From: Spirochaetaceae bacterium
GTDB taxonomy: Bacteria > Spirochaetota > Spirochaetia > DSM-2461
Reading direction: 5' to 3'
Length of the DNA stretch: 64,000 nt
Assembly (NCBI GenBank): GCA_051531975.1
Contig: JAOPTT010000016.1
Coordinates: forward strand, 128,221 to 192,220
The position numbers were made by a program, and so were the translations under genes. The notes beneath the pieces are model-generated. The model made no database searches and had not been told where the DNA came from. It was given only the letters and a program-made list of their open reading frames with translations. Shown piece after piece: positions 8,982 to 19,267 of the stretch; position 1 is the first letter of the stretch, and the number at the start of each line of letters is the position of its first letter.

Positions 8982-10859
8982 TTAAATATGCAGTCCTGAT
9001 ATCAGTCTCCAGAAAATAATGATCCCCATTAGTGAAATTATTAAAACCTGGGAAGAAGTAAATAACAATTTGCTTCGTTTTGTAAGTGATTTTGCTGATT
9101 TACTAAAACGGTAGACGATAAATAGATCTAGTGCTACCAGTATGTAAGGTAACATAAGTGTTACTCTAGCAAGTGGAGGAATTCCAAATGCGATGGCAGG
9201 GAATCCCTCTTTTTTATTCATAAGTATGGCAAGTGTCAATGGAGTGTAGAGAAGAAGTGAAGATATGGTTATTAATAACATAGAGAATACGCCACGACTT
9301 TTTCTATTTTTAATGATTGTAACTATAATTAAAATTATGGAAACAAAAGATAATAAAAAAACTATGAGAGTAGAAATAATCAGAAAGTCTGGATTTTCGA
9401 TAAATGTTACTTTTTCGTAAGTTGAATGGTAACCTGCATCAGAAAACATATTTACAATTTTTCCGTTGTTGTCTTCTTCAAAATAAATATAGTGATTATT
9501 ATCACTTCTCCTGAATAGATTTTTTGAAACTGGGATAAGCTCCGCATAATCTGGCATACCTCCCCAACCGTAGACATCTCCAGGGGCTTTTGTAGTTAAT
9601 ATAAGCTTGTTATTATTATTCATAGAAACCTGTGAGTACTCACCAGCTACAAGAAGTGCCAGTTTCATCACATTTCTGTGATACTGTATAATTCTGTAGT
9701 GACCTTTATATTTTTTTAGTTCAGATGGAATATAAACTTCAGTCTCTGCCTGATCTTCGCCATATAATATATTAAGAAGTTGTCTGGTAAAGATATCATG
9801 CATTTCTACCTCACCTTCATCTCTAATATTTTGAATATAAGTAAAACCGATATTATCTTCTGGTATTATTAGCATTTTAGAGAATATTCCTACTCCACTT
9901 CCAATTCTTTCCAGGATTTTTTTTCCGTTATAATAATATTCTAAGAATCCAAATGTAGAACCACCTATACCACTATTAGATGTCAGTTGAGTATCGAGCA
10001 TATATGATAAAGATGATTCAGATAAAATTTGTTTTCCATCGTAGTATCCTGAATTTGTTAACATCTTTATGCTACTGGAAAAATCCTGGGATGTCATACT
10101 TGCACCTCCAGATGGGGGTGTTGTTAGGTATAGAAACGGACGGTTTATATATTCACCATCTTCTATAAAGTAAGTTGTTGCAAGAGATTGTTTCAAGTTT
10201 TTAGGAACGTTTTGGTTGAAGGTAGAATGATCCATATTCATAGGTATGAAAATAACCTGCTCTATGTAATCAGAATAACTCATTTTTGTAACTTCTTCTA
10301 TAATCAGAGCAGCGACAACTGTCCCAAATCCTCCATATGTAATAGCATTTCCAGGGGTCATTATCGGTGACTTTAGCTCTTTGATCATTAGGTCTTTTAT
10401 ACTTTCAGAGATATCAGTTATTGAGAGTGAGTTAAGATCCCTAGATGAAAATCCCTCACTATGAGTTAAGATATGTTTTACTTGTAATTCTTTAAGAATC
10501 TTTTTTAGCTTCGGATTTGTTATATAATCAGATACATAAGCTTCGGGATTCATTTTATTCTCTTCTATAAGTTTAAGAACAGCCATAAATACATACAGTT
10601 TAGAGGATGAGGCTATTCTGAATACTGTTTTATCGGTAACTTTTGTGGCACTTTCAAGGTCTGAGTATCCATATTTAATATCATGGATAGTTTTTCCATC
10701 TTCAATCAATGTAAATGCAAAACCCGGAATCATTAGTTCCTTGGCAGATGCTTTTAAATCAGATTCAAACAGAACTAAATCAACATCTGAAATTGATGAT
10801 GAAATGTAAACTGGTATAAATAGTGATAGTATAATAGCAATATAGAATCTTTTTAACAT
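8982..10859 (-). CDS. Membrane-anchored serine hydrolase, beta-lactamase class C/AmpH-like superfamily
   Basis: Signal peptide, FRIASSSK (SxxK), HILTHSEG, IFIPMNMDHS; three to four C-terminal TM helices. Confidence 0.85.
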   Translation of the reverse strand: MLKRFYIAIILSLFIPVYISSSISDVDLVLFESDLKASAKELMIPGFAFTLIEDGKTIHDIKYGYSDLESATKVTDKTVFRIASSSKLYVFMAVLKLIEENKMNPEAYVSDYITNPKLKKILKELQVKHILTHSEGFSSRDLNSLSITDISESIKDLMIKELKSPIMTPGNAITYGGFGTVVAALIIEEVTKMSYSDYIEQVIFIPMNMDHSTFNQNVPKNLKQSLATTYFIEDGEYINRPFLYLTTPPSGGASMTSQDFSSSIKMLTNSGYYDGKQILSESSLSYMLDTQLTSNSGIGGSTFGFLEYYYNGKKILERIGSGVGIFSKMLIIPEDNIGFTYIQNIRDEGEVEMHDIFTRQLLNILYGEDQAETEVYIPSELKKYKGHYRIIQYHRNVMKLALLVAGEYSQVSMNNNNKLILTTKAPGDVYGWGGMPDYAELIPVSKNLFRRSDNNHYIYFEEDNNGKIVNMFSDAGYHSTYEKVTFIENPDFLIISTLIVFLLSFVSIILIIVTIIKNRKSRGVFSMLLITISSLLLYTPLTLAILMNKKEGFPAIAFGIPPLARVTLMLPYILVALDLFIVYRFSKSAKSLTKRSKLLFTSSQVLIISLMGIIIFWRLISGLHI

Positions 10860-10995
10860 TTAGAACCCCTAAAAATTAATTCATCTTATCATTCTTTATT
10901 GTAGAAATAAAGAAATAATTGTTTTTGTACTTTCGTGGACTTTGATTTTATAATTTTTACTAACTATAATAAGTAGATAAAAAAAGGGTATATAA

Positions 10996-11547
10996 ATGAT
11001 TGAAATAGGGACAAAGAGATTAAAACTAAGGAAGTGGAGAATATCTGATTCACAAGATCTTTTTGAATATGGTAAAAATGAATTAGTTGGACCAAATGCA
11101 GGTTGGCCTCCTCACGAATCAGAAGAGACATCTAAAGAGATAATATCTATCTTTCTAGAAAATAATGATGTTTATGCTATAGAGTTAAAATCTGAAAAAA
11201 AAGTGATTGGTGGTATTGGTCTACATGAAAGAAAGCCTGATGAAAACAATAACTTAGGTAACCAACGTGAAATAGGTTATGTAATAAATCCTAGTTATTG
11301 GGGAAATGCATATGCTCCAGAGGCTGTTGAAGGGTTATTAGCATTAGGATTTAATGTTATGGGTTTAGATGTTGTATGGTGTGGACATTTTGAAGGTAAT
11401 TCTAAATCTAAAAGAGTTATCGAGAAGAGTTGTTTTAATTACAAGTTTAAAAAAGACGAAATTAAACCTCTACTAAATGATAAAAAAGTAGTTACTCATT
11501 ATTATTGTGTTACAAAAAAAGAATATTTTGATTTTATTCGTGAATAG
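10996..11547 (+). CDS. GNAT N-acetyltransferase (RimJ/RimL-like)
   Basis: TKRLKLRKW, EIGYVINPSYWGNAY, NSKSKRVIEK motifs. Confidence 0.9.
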   Translation: MIEIGTKRLKLRKWRISDSQDLFEYGKNELVGPNAGWPPHESEETSKEIISIFLENNDVYAIELKSEKKVIGGIGLHERKPDENNNLGNQREIGYVINPSYWGNAYAPEAVEGLLALGFNVMGLDVVWCGHFEGNSKSKRVIEKSCFNYKFKKDEIKPLLNDKKVVTHYYCVTKKEYFDFIRE

Positions 11548-11587
11548 TTCTTTTATATTTAAATTAACAATAAGAGAGGATATAAAG

Positions 11588-12274
11588 GTGAAAAGAAGAA
11601 GTAATAAAATAACATTTACTTTTATATATTTTGCTATAATCTCAATATTTGCATCTTGTGTAGGAACTTCTAATACTATTGATTATCAAATTAATAATAC
11701 TGAAAGCGAGGGGCTTATATTTAAAAATGAGACAGGGCTAGAACTAAATGTTTCACAAATGGAAGATATTGCATTTGGATTTGTACATACAGGTGAATTT
11801 AGTCCCGATTATGAAGTTCAAATTAAAGCTGAAGAAATTGAATTTAACTCCTTTATATTAACTATCAAAACACAATCAAAAACTTATTCTATAGAGAGTC
11901 TTTCTGTTTCACCAATCAGTTTCTCTTGGTCTTCTTCCGGGAGATATGTGGTTATCCACAATATTGATTATTATGCAGGTGAAGGATCTACTGGAATAGT
12001 AGTTTTAAATGTTCAAACTGGACATTTTATAGAGATCAATAAAGACCAAATAATAGGTGGTCGTGAAATAGGAAAACGAGACAAACTGAATATTTACAAT
12101 ATTGTTTGGTTAGATTTAGACAGATTTTCTTTGGTTGCTAGTGTCGGTTATTTAGGTGAATCAGGTCACCCTGGTATCGATTCTAATAGAAAGACATATT
12201 TAGGAGAATTTTTTGGTAATAAAGATGATATTGTTCTTGTTGCTAATTGGGATATTAAAATATTAAACGATTAA
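11588..12274 (+). CDS. Hypothetical lipoprotein
   Basis: GTG at 11588 after GAGGA; basic N-terminus, hydrophobic core and lipobox FASC. Confidence 0.65.
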   Translation: MKRRSNKITFTFIYFAIISIFASCVGTSNTIDYQINNTESEGLIFKNETGLELNVSQMEDIAFGFVHTGEFSPDYEVQIKAEEIEFNSFILTIKTQSKTYSIESLSVSPISFSWSSSGRYVVIHNIDYYAGEGSTGIVVLNVQTGHFIEINKDQIIGGREIGKRDKLNIYNIVWLDLDRFSLVASVGYLGESGHPGIDSNRKTYLGEFFGNKDDIVLVANWDIKILND

Positions 12275-12325
12275 ATTCATGATATAAAACATAATTCTCT
12301 ATTAGGTTCAATATAATCTTTTCCA

Positions 12326-12353
12326 TTGACAAAAATGGTATATAAAGTATTCT
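12326..12353 (+). promoter_or_regulatory. Putative sigma70 promoter
   Basis: TTGACA-16 nt-TATTCT upstream of the 12388 gene. Confidence 0.5.
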
Positions 12354-12387
12354 TTTAATACAAATAAAAAAGGAAATTTAAAAAATT

Positions 12388-15300
12388 ATGAAATTAATAA
12401 AAAGCATTATACTTATTTTATTTAGTCTATTTATAATTGGTGAACTATTTGCAGAAGATAAAGAGTACTCTGTTACAATATTAGAGAAAAATGTTGAATT
12501 CTATTACGAAGAAAACAATCTACAAAAATATACATTTCAGCAAAAGTATTTAATAAATAATCAAAAAGGTGCTGAATCATGGAATTATACATCCAGTAGT
12601 TGGAGTCCATGGTATCAAGAAAAACCAGTTATAACAGCCACAGTTACTAACCCTGATGGCCAAGTTTATGTATTAGATCAATCTACTTTAGTTGAAGTTG
12701 GAACAGAAGAAGATAATGATATATACAGTGATACTAAAAAATTAAAAGCACCTCTAGCATCTATTAAAATTGGTAGTATTGTTGACGAGAAAGTAGTTAA
12801 AGTAATGACAAAACCATACTTTAGTGGTGGTTATGATACTAGTTATTCATTTTTTAATAGTAAACCAATAAATAAAAATACAATAACAATCAATGTTCCC
12901 AAAGATATAGATATTATATTTAAAGAATTTATGATGGATTTTAATCCTAAAATTGAGATTAAAAATAACAGAAAAATATATACCATTTCTTTAGAAGACT
13001 TAGAAGCGTTAGACTCAAAACCTCTGCTTGTGGGAAGTGATTATAGACATTGGCCAAAACTGTATTGGACAACATCAAATAGTTGGAATAGTGTTGTAAA
13101 AGAGTATCAAAAGTTAATAACTCCACAACTAGTAATGGATAATAATGTAGAGAGCTTTTTAAAAAACGTTGATCTTACTGGAACAAAAGAAGAGATTATA
13201 ATAAATATTTTAATGCATTTACATGAAGAAGTTAGATATACAGGATTAGAACTAGGAGAATCATCAATAGTTCCCCATACACCAAACGAAACAATAGAGA
13301 GAAAATATGGAGATTGCAAAGATAAAGCTGTTCTTTTACAATCAATACTTAAAGAAGTTGGTATAAAATCAAATATAGCCCTTCTTAAAGCTGGATATGG
13401 ACCAGATGTTCCCACAGAAATTCCTGGTATTCGTCATTTTAATCATGCCATTGTATATCTTCCAAAACCATTTGATATATGGATAGATGCAACTTCTGAA
13501 TTCTCCAGATTAGGAGAGCTTCCAGTATCTAGTTCTAATAGAAATGCCTTAGTTATAGACGATAAAACTACAACATTAAAAAAGACAACTTCTAAAAAAG
13601 AAAAAGACAATACAAGAATACTTACCCACAATGTCTACATGAACCAGTTAGGAGAAGCTAAGGTTGTAGAGAAGCTTGAGGTTTCTGGTTTTTTTGGTAG
13701 GGACAGAAGAAGCTATTTTAATAGTTTATCCCCAAAAGAGACTGATGAAAAAATTGGTAATTATGTAGAAAGAACATATAACTCGGAAGAATTTGTTAAT
13801 TTTAACAAACTTAATAGTAGAGATATAAAAGATAATTTCTTTTATGAATTTACAGTTCCAGAGACAAATTATGCTTATACAGATACAGATAGTGCTTACA
13901 TCTACCTAAATTTAGTTGATGTTTTTAACATACTTCCTAAATCCTTAAAGAGTATGAACCAATACGAAAAAAATAACGGTGAAAAAGAGGACTCCCAGTG
14001 GTTTGAAAGGACTCAAGATGTTTATTTAGATTACCCATTTATTAATAATCATAACTATATAATTCATTTTCCAGAAGGTTTTGTTATTAACGAACTTCCT
14101 AAGGACGAAGAACATCTTTTTGGTACAACTAAATATAGTAGAACTTTTAAGCAGGATGAAAATAAAATCATAATTAATTCTCAACTTAATACTGGTAGTG
14201 CTAAATATAATCCAGAAGAGTTAGAAAAACTTCGTACATATCTCTTTAAAAATAATAATGAGAAAAATCAAAAAATCATAGCTACATCTTTTAAAAACTT
14301 ATATATAAATAATGATGAATTCCAGAACTGTATAAATTATTATTTAGATAAAATCGAGAGTGAACCTAACGACATCAGTCACCATGTTAGAATAGCAGCA
14401 GCTTATATCGAAGCTGGATTTGCCAAAGCTGGTAATAAACATTTAAAGATTGCTCTTACCCTAGATGAAGATAATACCGAGGCTAAAATGGCCTATGCCC
14501 TTTCATTTTTATACGATGAGTGGGGAAGATATGAATATTTAAAAGATAACAAGACAAAAGCTACAAAAGAGTATCTAGAAGTTACACAGATTAATCCTGA
14601 AATTGGAAATGCCTGGAGAAACTTAGCCATTATTTCAGAGTATGGAGATGAAGGTTTTAGGTATAGCAGTGGGGCTGATTTTGAAGGCGCTATAAATTAT
14701 TATAACAAATATACTGAATACACTAAAGAAGATGATTTAAATTATAATATTTTATTAGACTTAGTAAAACTTAATAAATTTGATGAACTACTAAATAATG
14801 TTGAATTAGTTAAAAAATTAAATACCTATGATGGATGGAGTCTCTATTTTACAGCTATAGTATTAAAAAATGGTGATGAAATAGCATATAAACAGATATC
14901 ATCCTTAACTAGTTCTCCTGATAATAGAAAAAGGTTAATAGATTCAACTGTAACTAATTTGCAACAACTTAGAGAGTATAAATTAGCAGCTAAAATGTTA
15001 TCTTATATTGATAAATCTACAGATAAATATATTGAAATTGAGAATAAAATAGATTTTCTAAACTCACTTTCTCATTATGAAGATGAGGTTTTTGATGAGA
15101 GTAGGCCAGAAAATGTAGTTCAGAAATACTGGTTCAAGGCTTTTGTTAAAGAAGATCTTTCATCGAAAGATGTAGGAGAAATATTTGCAAAAAAACTTAT
15201 AGAGAATGTGGGTACAAAACATCTCTTAGAAGAAATGACTGATGCAAAAGATGAATTTGAATTCAACTCACTTAATGCTAGTTCCAACTTAAATGTTATG

Positions 15301-16386
15301 AGGGACATGCTTTTAACAGAGATTAATTATAATGTTGAACAAGCTGGAGATTTATACCGTATTATTACCACAGTTAATCTTCCAACTGAACAAATATCAC
15401 AACAATTTTTTGTCTGGAAAGAGGACGGAAAATTTAAACTAATACACAATCAAGATCCTTGGTTAGCTAGTGATTCTATTACTAAAATGTTAAAAAGTGG
15501 TAAAAGAATCGAAGCAATAAAAATTCTTAACTGGATAAAAGACGGAGCTGATAATCGTAACTTTTCATCAATATTATCTAGTGTATGGAAATCTAATAAA
15601 AGAAGTGACGATTGGATTAACATGGGAGTTGCATCTTTAACTTATAAACTAAAAGAGAGTACGAACTTCTTATTAGGGGTAGAACAGGCTTTTATTAAAA
15701 ATGGTCTTAGAGATATATATACATGGATGCTTGCAATCCACTATAAAGAGAAAAAAGAGTATAAAAAGGCATATGATCTTATTAAGAAACATATAGCTAA
15801 TGAAGGTTTATCCACCGAAGTAGTTGGAGATTATTTTTATATATATCATAAAAATGACAAACATGAAGAGTTCCATAAAATATTAATGGAATCACTGGAG
15901 TTTGAACCAAATAATCTAATACTTCACGACCAAGTTGTTTATAACTATGTTATACAGAAAAGATATACTGAAGCATTTGATTATCTAGAATCCTACATAG
16001 AAAACAGTAGTGAAAGTGCTTTTATGTATAATAACATAGCTTGGCATGGTCTATTTAGTGATCAGGATTTTGAACAGTTACATTCATACGCTTTAACAGC
16101 AAATCAAATAACTAAATTTGAAAAAAATGCTTTCCTAGATACTCTAGCTGTAATATTAGCAGAGTCTGGAAAGGTAAAACAATCTAGAGAAATTTTATTA
16201 CACCTTATTGGGCAGAAAAAAAGTAAACATCTTGATGGTGAATATTATATTATGGGATTAAATGCAGTAACTTTAGGACTTAATGATGAGGCTATTAACT
16301 ATTTTAGTCAGGTTAAAAAACCAGAAATTGAAAGTGGTATATCAACCTATTTATTAGCTCAGAAAAAGTTAAAAGAATTAAAATAA
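12388..16386 (+). CDS. Exported DUF3857 + transglutaminase-like + TPR protein
   Basis: Signal peptide; VRYTGLELG, GDCKDKA (Cys), FNHAI (His), WIDAT (Asp) triad; long TPR-like C-terminus. Confidence 0.85.
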   Translation: MKLIKSIILILFSLFIIGELFAEDKEYSVTILEKNVEFYYEENNLQKYTFQQKYLINNQKGAESWNYTSSSWSPWYQEKPVITATVTNPDGQVYVLDQSTLVEVGTEEDNDIYSDTKKLKAPLASIKIGSIVDEKVVKVMTKPYFSGGYDTSYSFFNSKPINKNTITINVPKDIDIIFKEFMMDFNPKIEIKNNRKIYTISLEDLEALDSKPLLVGSDYRHWPKLYWTTSNSWNSVVKEYQKLITPQLVMDNNVESFLKNVDLTGTKEEIIINILMHLHEEVRYTGLELGESSIVPHTPNETIERKYGDCKDKAVLLQSILKEVGIKSNIALLKAGYGPDVPTEIPGIRHFNHAIVYLPKPFDIWIDATSEFSRLGELPVSSSNRNALVIDDKTTTLKKTTSKKEKDNTRILTHNVYMNQLGEAKVVEKLEVSGFFGRDRRSYFNSLSPKETDEKIGNYVERTYNSEEFVNFNKLNSRDIKDNFFYEFTVPETNYAYTDTDSAYIYLNLVDVFNILPKSLKSMNQYEKNNGEKEDSQWFERTQDVYLDYPFINNHNYIIHFPEGFVINELPKDEEHLFGTTKYSRTFKQDENKIIINSQLNTGSAKYNPEELEKLRTYLFKNNNEKNQKIIATSFKNLYINNDEFQNCINYYLDKIESEPNDISHHVRIAAAYIEAGFAKAGNKHLKIALTLDEDNTEAKMAYALSFLYDEWGRYEYLKDNKTKATKEYLEVTQINPEIGNAWRNLAIISEYGDEGFRYSSGADFEGAINYYNKYTEYTKEDDLNYNILLDLVKLNKFDELLNNVELVKKLNTYDGWSLYFTAIVLKNGDEIAYKQISSLTSSPDNRKRLIDSTVTNLQQLREYKLAAKMLSYIDKSTDKYIEIENKIDFLNSLSHYEDEVFDESRPENVVQKYWFKAFVKEDLSSKDVGEIFAKKLIENVGTKHLLEEMTDAKDEFEFNSLNASSNLNVMRDMLLTEINYNVEQAGDLYRIITTVNLPTEQISQQFFVWKEDGKFKLIHNQDPWLASDSITKMLKSGKRIEAIKILNWIKDGADNRNFSSILSSVWKSNKRSDDWINMGVASLTYKLKESTNFLLGVEQAFIKNGLRDIYTWMLAIHYKEKKEYKKAYDLIKKHIANEGLSTEVVGDYFYIYHKNDKHEEFHKILMESLEFEPNNLILHDQVVYNYVIQKRYTEAFDYLESYIENSSESAFMYNNIAWHGLFSDQDFEQLHSYALTANQITKFEKNAFLDTLAVILAESGKVKQSREILLHLIGQKKSKHLDGEYYIMGLNAVTLGLNDEAINYFSQVKKPEIESGISTYLLAQKKLKELK

Positions 16387-16409
16387 CAGTACTTAAGAAG
16401 GAGATTCTT

Positions 16410-17138
16410 GTGATTAGTTATGAAGAAAAATCATTAAATGCATGGCCATCAATTAAAACGTTAATACATAAAGGATGCCTTATTAGATTATCTGATGGAT
16501 ATACTAAAAGAGCTAATTCAGCAAACCCACTTTATATAAATGAAACAGATATAGAGAATGTAATAGATTTTTCAGAAAATATATTTAGTTCTTCAAAACT
16601 ACCAACTATTTTTAAAATTATTGATAATAAGGAATATAATAAGTTAGATGTAGTATTAGAAAAAAAGAATTATAAAAAAATTGATACAACACATGTTATG
16701 TTATGTGATATTTCAGAATTCAATAATTTTGATGCTAAATTATTACAAATAGATGATAACTTTTCTGATGAATGGTTAACTACATTTTTAAGTATTAACA
16801 ATGTAAAAGATGAACATAAAGATACAGCAGTAAAGATGTTAAAAAATATTTCAGTAGAACTGCTTGTTGCATCAATTATAGTAAATAATAAGATAGTAGC
16901 TTGCGGATATGCAGCTCTGGAAGTGGACCATATAGGTATTTATGATATTATTGTAGATGAAAATTATAGAGGTTATGGATATGGAAAAAGTATTATGTCT
17001 GGCATAATTAATAAAGCAAAAGATAAAGATATTAAATATGCATATTTACAAGTTGTTGCTTCAAATATGATTGCTAATGATTTATATAAAAAATTAGGAT
17101 TTAAAACATTGTATGATTATTGGTACCGAAAAAAATAG
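16410..17138 (+). CDS. GNAT N-acetyltransferase
   Basis: GYTKRANS N-terminal motif; YRGYGYGK, YLQVVASN and LYKKLGF. Confidence 0.9.
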   Translation: MISYEEKSLNAWPSIKTLIHKGCLIRLSDGYTKRANSANPLYINETDIENVIDFSENIFSSSKLPTIFKIIDNKEYNKLDVVLEKKNYKKIDTTHVMLCDISEFNNFDAKLLQIDDNFSDEWLTTFLSINNVKDEHKDTAVKMLKNISVELLVASIIVNNKIVACGYAALEVDHIGIYDIIVDENYRGYGYGKSIMSGIINKAKDKDIKYAYLQVVASNMIANDLYKKLGFKTLYDYWYRKK

Positions 17139-17189
17139 TCTTAAAATTTTATTGTGTACTAAAATACTTTTTACATTTAATATTAAAAT

Positions 17190-18116
17190 ATGAAAGCAAT
17201 AATATGTACACAGTATGGTTCTCCTGAAGTTCTAAAGTTAAAAGAAGTAGATAAACCAATACCAAAAGATAACGAAGTTTTGATAAAAGTTTATGGGACA
17301 TCTGCCCATATAGGTGATACCCGTATAAGAAGAGCTGATCCATTTTTAGTTAGAATTATGTTTGGTATATTTAGACCGAAGAAGAACTTAAAATTAGGAA
17401 TTGAAATTTCCGGTATAGTAGAATCTGTTGGAAAAAATGTTAAATTATTTAAGTCAAATGATGAAATATTTGCCTTAACTGGATTTAATTTAGGTGGATA
17501 TGCTGATTATATATGTCTACCAGAAAAAACTAAAAATGGAACACAGGAGCAAAAAGGTTTAATATGTCTAAAACCTATAAACTTAACATTTGAAGAAGCT
17601 GCAGTAGTCCCAGCAGGTAGTCTTACAGCTTTAAAGAACTTACAAAAAGCTAAAATAAAAAAAGGTGATAAAATCTTAATTAATGGAGCATCTGGTAGTC
17701 TTGGTACTTTTGCCATACAACTAGCTAAATATTATGGAGCTGAAATTACGGCTGTTTGTAGTACTGAAAATTTTGAACTCGTTAAGTCCCTTGGTGCAAA
17801 TAAAACTATTGATTATAGAACTGAAGATTTTACTAAAACTAATGAAAAGTACGACATCGTTTACGATGCAGTAATGAAGTCTAAAAAGTCAGAGTGTAAA
17901 AATATTTTAAAGAAAGATGGAATATTTCTAAACAACTTTAATCTTCCTAAAATAATTGATGGTGATTTAGACATTATTAAAGAGTTCATAGAAAAAAATA
18001 TTCTTAAATCTATTATAGATAAGACCTACTCAATAGAGAAAATTTCTGAAGCCCATGAATATGTAGATAAAGGCCATAAAAAAGGTAATGTTGCAATAAC
18101 TGTTAATAATATATAG
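17190..18116 (+). CDS. NAD(P)-dependent alcohol dehydrogenase / MDR (quinone oxidoreductase-like) family
   Basis: MKAI..YGSPEVL, INGASGSLG, AHEYVDKGHKKGNV. Confidence 0.9.
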   Translation: MKAIICTQYGSPEVLKLKEVDKPIPKDNEVLIKVYGTSAHIGDTRIRRADPFLVRIMFGIFRPKKNLKLGIEISGIVESVGKNVKLFKSNDEIFALTGFNLGGYADYICLPEKTKNGTQEQKGLICLKPINLTFEEAAVVPAGSLTALKNLQKAKIKKGDKILINGASGSLGTFAIQLAKYYGAEITAVCSTENFELVKSLGANKTIDYRTEDFTKTNEKYDIVYDAVMKSKKSECKNILKKDGIFLNNFNLPKIIDGDLDIIKEFIEKNILKSIIDKTYSIEKISEAHEYVDKGHKKGNVAITVNNI

Positions 18117-18149
18117 GTACAGAATCTCATAAAATTATCTGAAACAAAA

Positions 18150-19250
18150 ATGGAAAAAGAAATGAAAAAAATTATTATATTAATACTAATAAGTTTATTA
18201 AGTTTACAGGTTTATTCACAAGATAATACAGATAAGCAGGAAGCTTATGATAACGCCATTGAAGCTATAAAAATAATGGATAGTGGTGAAATTGATAAAT
18301 CCATAGGGATGCTTAAAAATTCTCAACTACTTGATCCAGAGAACTATATATATCCATATGAAATTGCTTATGCACATTTCTTAAAAAAAGATTATGGTAA
18401 TGCAATATCAATATTAGAAGATGTAATCCAGTTTAAGAATAAAACAGATCAATGTTTCACCTTATTAGGTAATATTTACGATATGGATGGAAAACCAGAA
18501 AAGGCTATTGAAGTATATAAAAAAGGTCTAGTACTTTTTCCTACTTCAGGACGGCTGTATTTTGAGCAAGGTAATGTTCAAGAGGTTCTTGGAAAGTATA
18601 ACGAGGCTTTGGTGACCTGGGAAAATGGAGTTTATGTAGACCCTAGATATGCATCAAATTATCATACATCAGCAATCTATTATAGTAATTATACAACTGA
18701 GAAGATTTGGGGTATTTTATATGGTGAACTTTTTATTAACTTAGAAAGAGGTTCAGATAAAACAGAACAGATAAGTAAACTTTTATATGATACCTATATG
18801 TCTTCAATAGAAATTACGTCTAATGCAGAGGTTCGAGTTAATTTTACTCAGACCTCAACAGTAATTTTAGATGAAGATGTTCAAGAAAAAAATACACCAT
18901 TTCCAATTAGTTATGAATTGACATTAGCTGTTGCATTAATACCTGAGTTAAAAGAAGAGAATTTTGGAATGAAGAGTTTATATAATATCAGAAAACTATT
19001 TATTGAAGAGTGGTTTAAATACAGTATAGATTCCATGTATCCTAATATACTCTTTGATTGGCATAAAAAGTTAATAGAATTAGGATATTTTGAATCATAT
19101 AATTATTGGTTATTCATGAAAGGTAATGAAGATGAATTTAGAAGTTGGTTATCTGAAAATGAAGATAAATATAACTCATTTATTCAGTGGTTTAGTGATA
19201 ATCCAATGTCTATTAATGAAAATAATAGACTTCATCGATATCAATATTAA
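18150..19250 (+). CDS. Exported TPR protein
   Basis: Signal peptide (likely start 18162, MKKIII); several TPR motifs. Confidence 0.8.
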   Translation: MEKEMKKIIILILISLLSLQVYSQDNTDKQEAYDNAIEAIKIMDSGEIDKSIGMLKNSQLLDPENYIYPYEIAYAHFLKKDYGNAISILEDVIQFKNKTDQCFTLLGNIYDMDGKPEKAIEVYKKGLVLFPTSGRLYFEQGNVQEVLGKYNEALVTWENGVYVDPRYASNYHTSAIYYSNYTTEKIWGILYGELFINLERGSDKTEQISKLLYDTYMSSIEITSNAEVRVNFTQTSTVILDEDVQEKNTPFPISYELTLAVALIPELKEENFGMKSLYNIRKLFIEEWFKYSIDSMYPNILFDWHKKLIELGYFESYNYWLFMKGNEDEFRSWLSENEDKYNSFIQWFSDNPMSINENNRLHRYQY

Positions 19251-19267
19251 TAATTTAATGAATTCTT

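Noticed and set aside
4763..19250. Integron cassette array with attC sites
   Set aside because: No recurring RYYYAAC...GTTRRRY hairpin between genes and no intI in the window; the ATTTAAC near 8254 has no matching structure.
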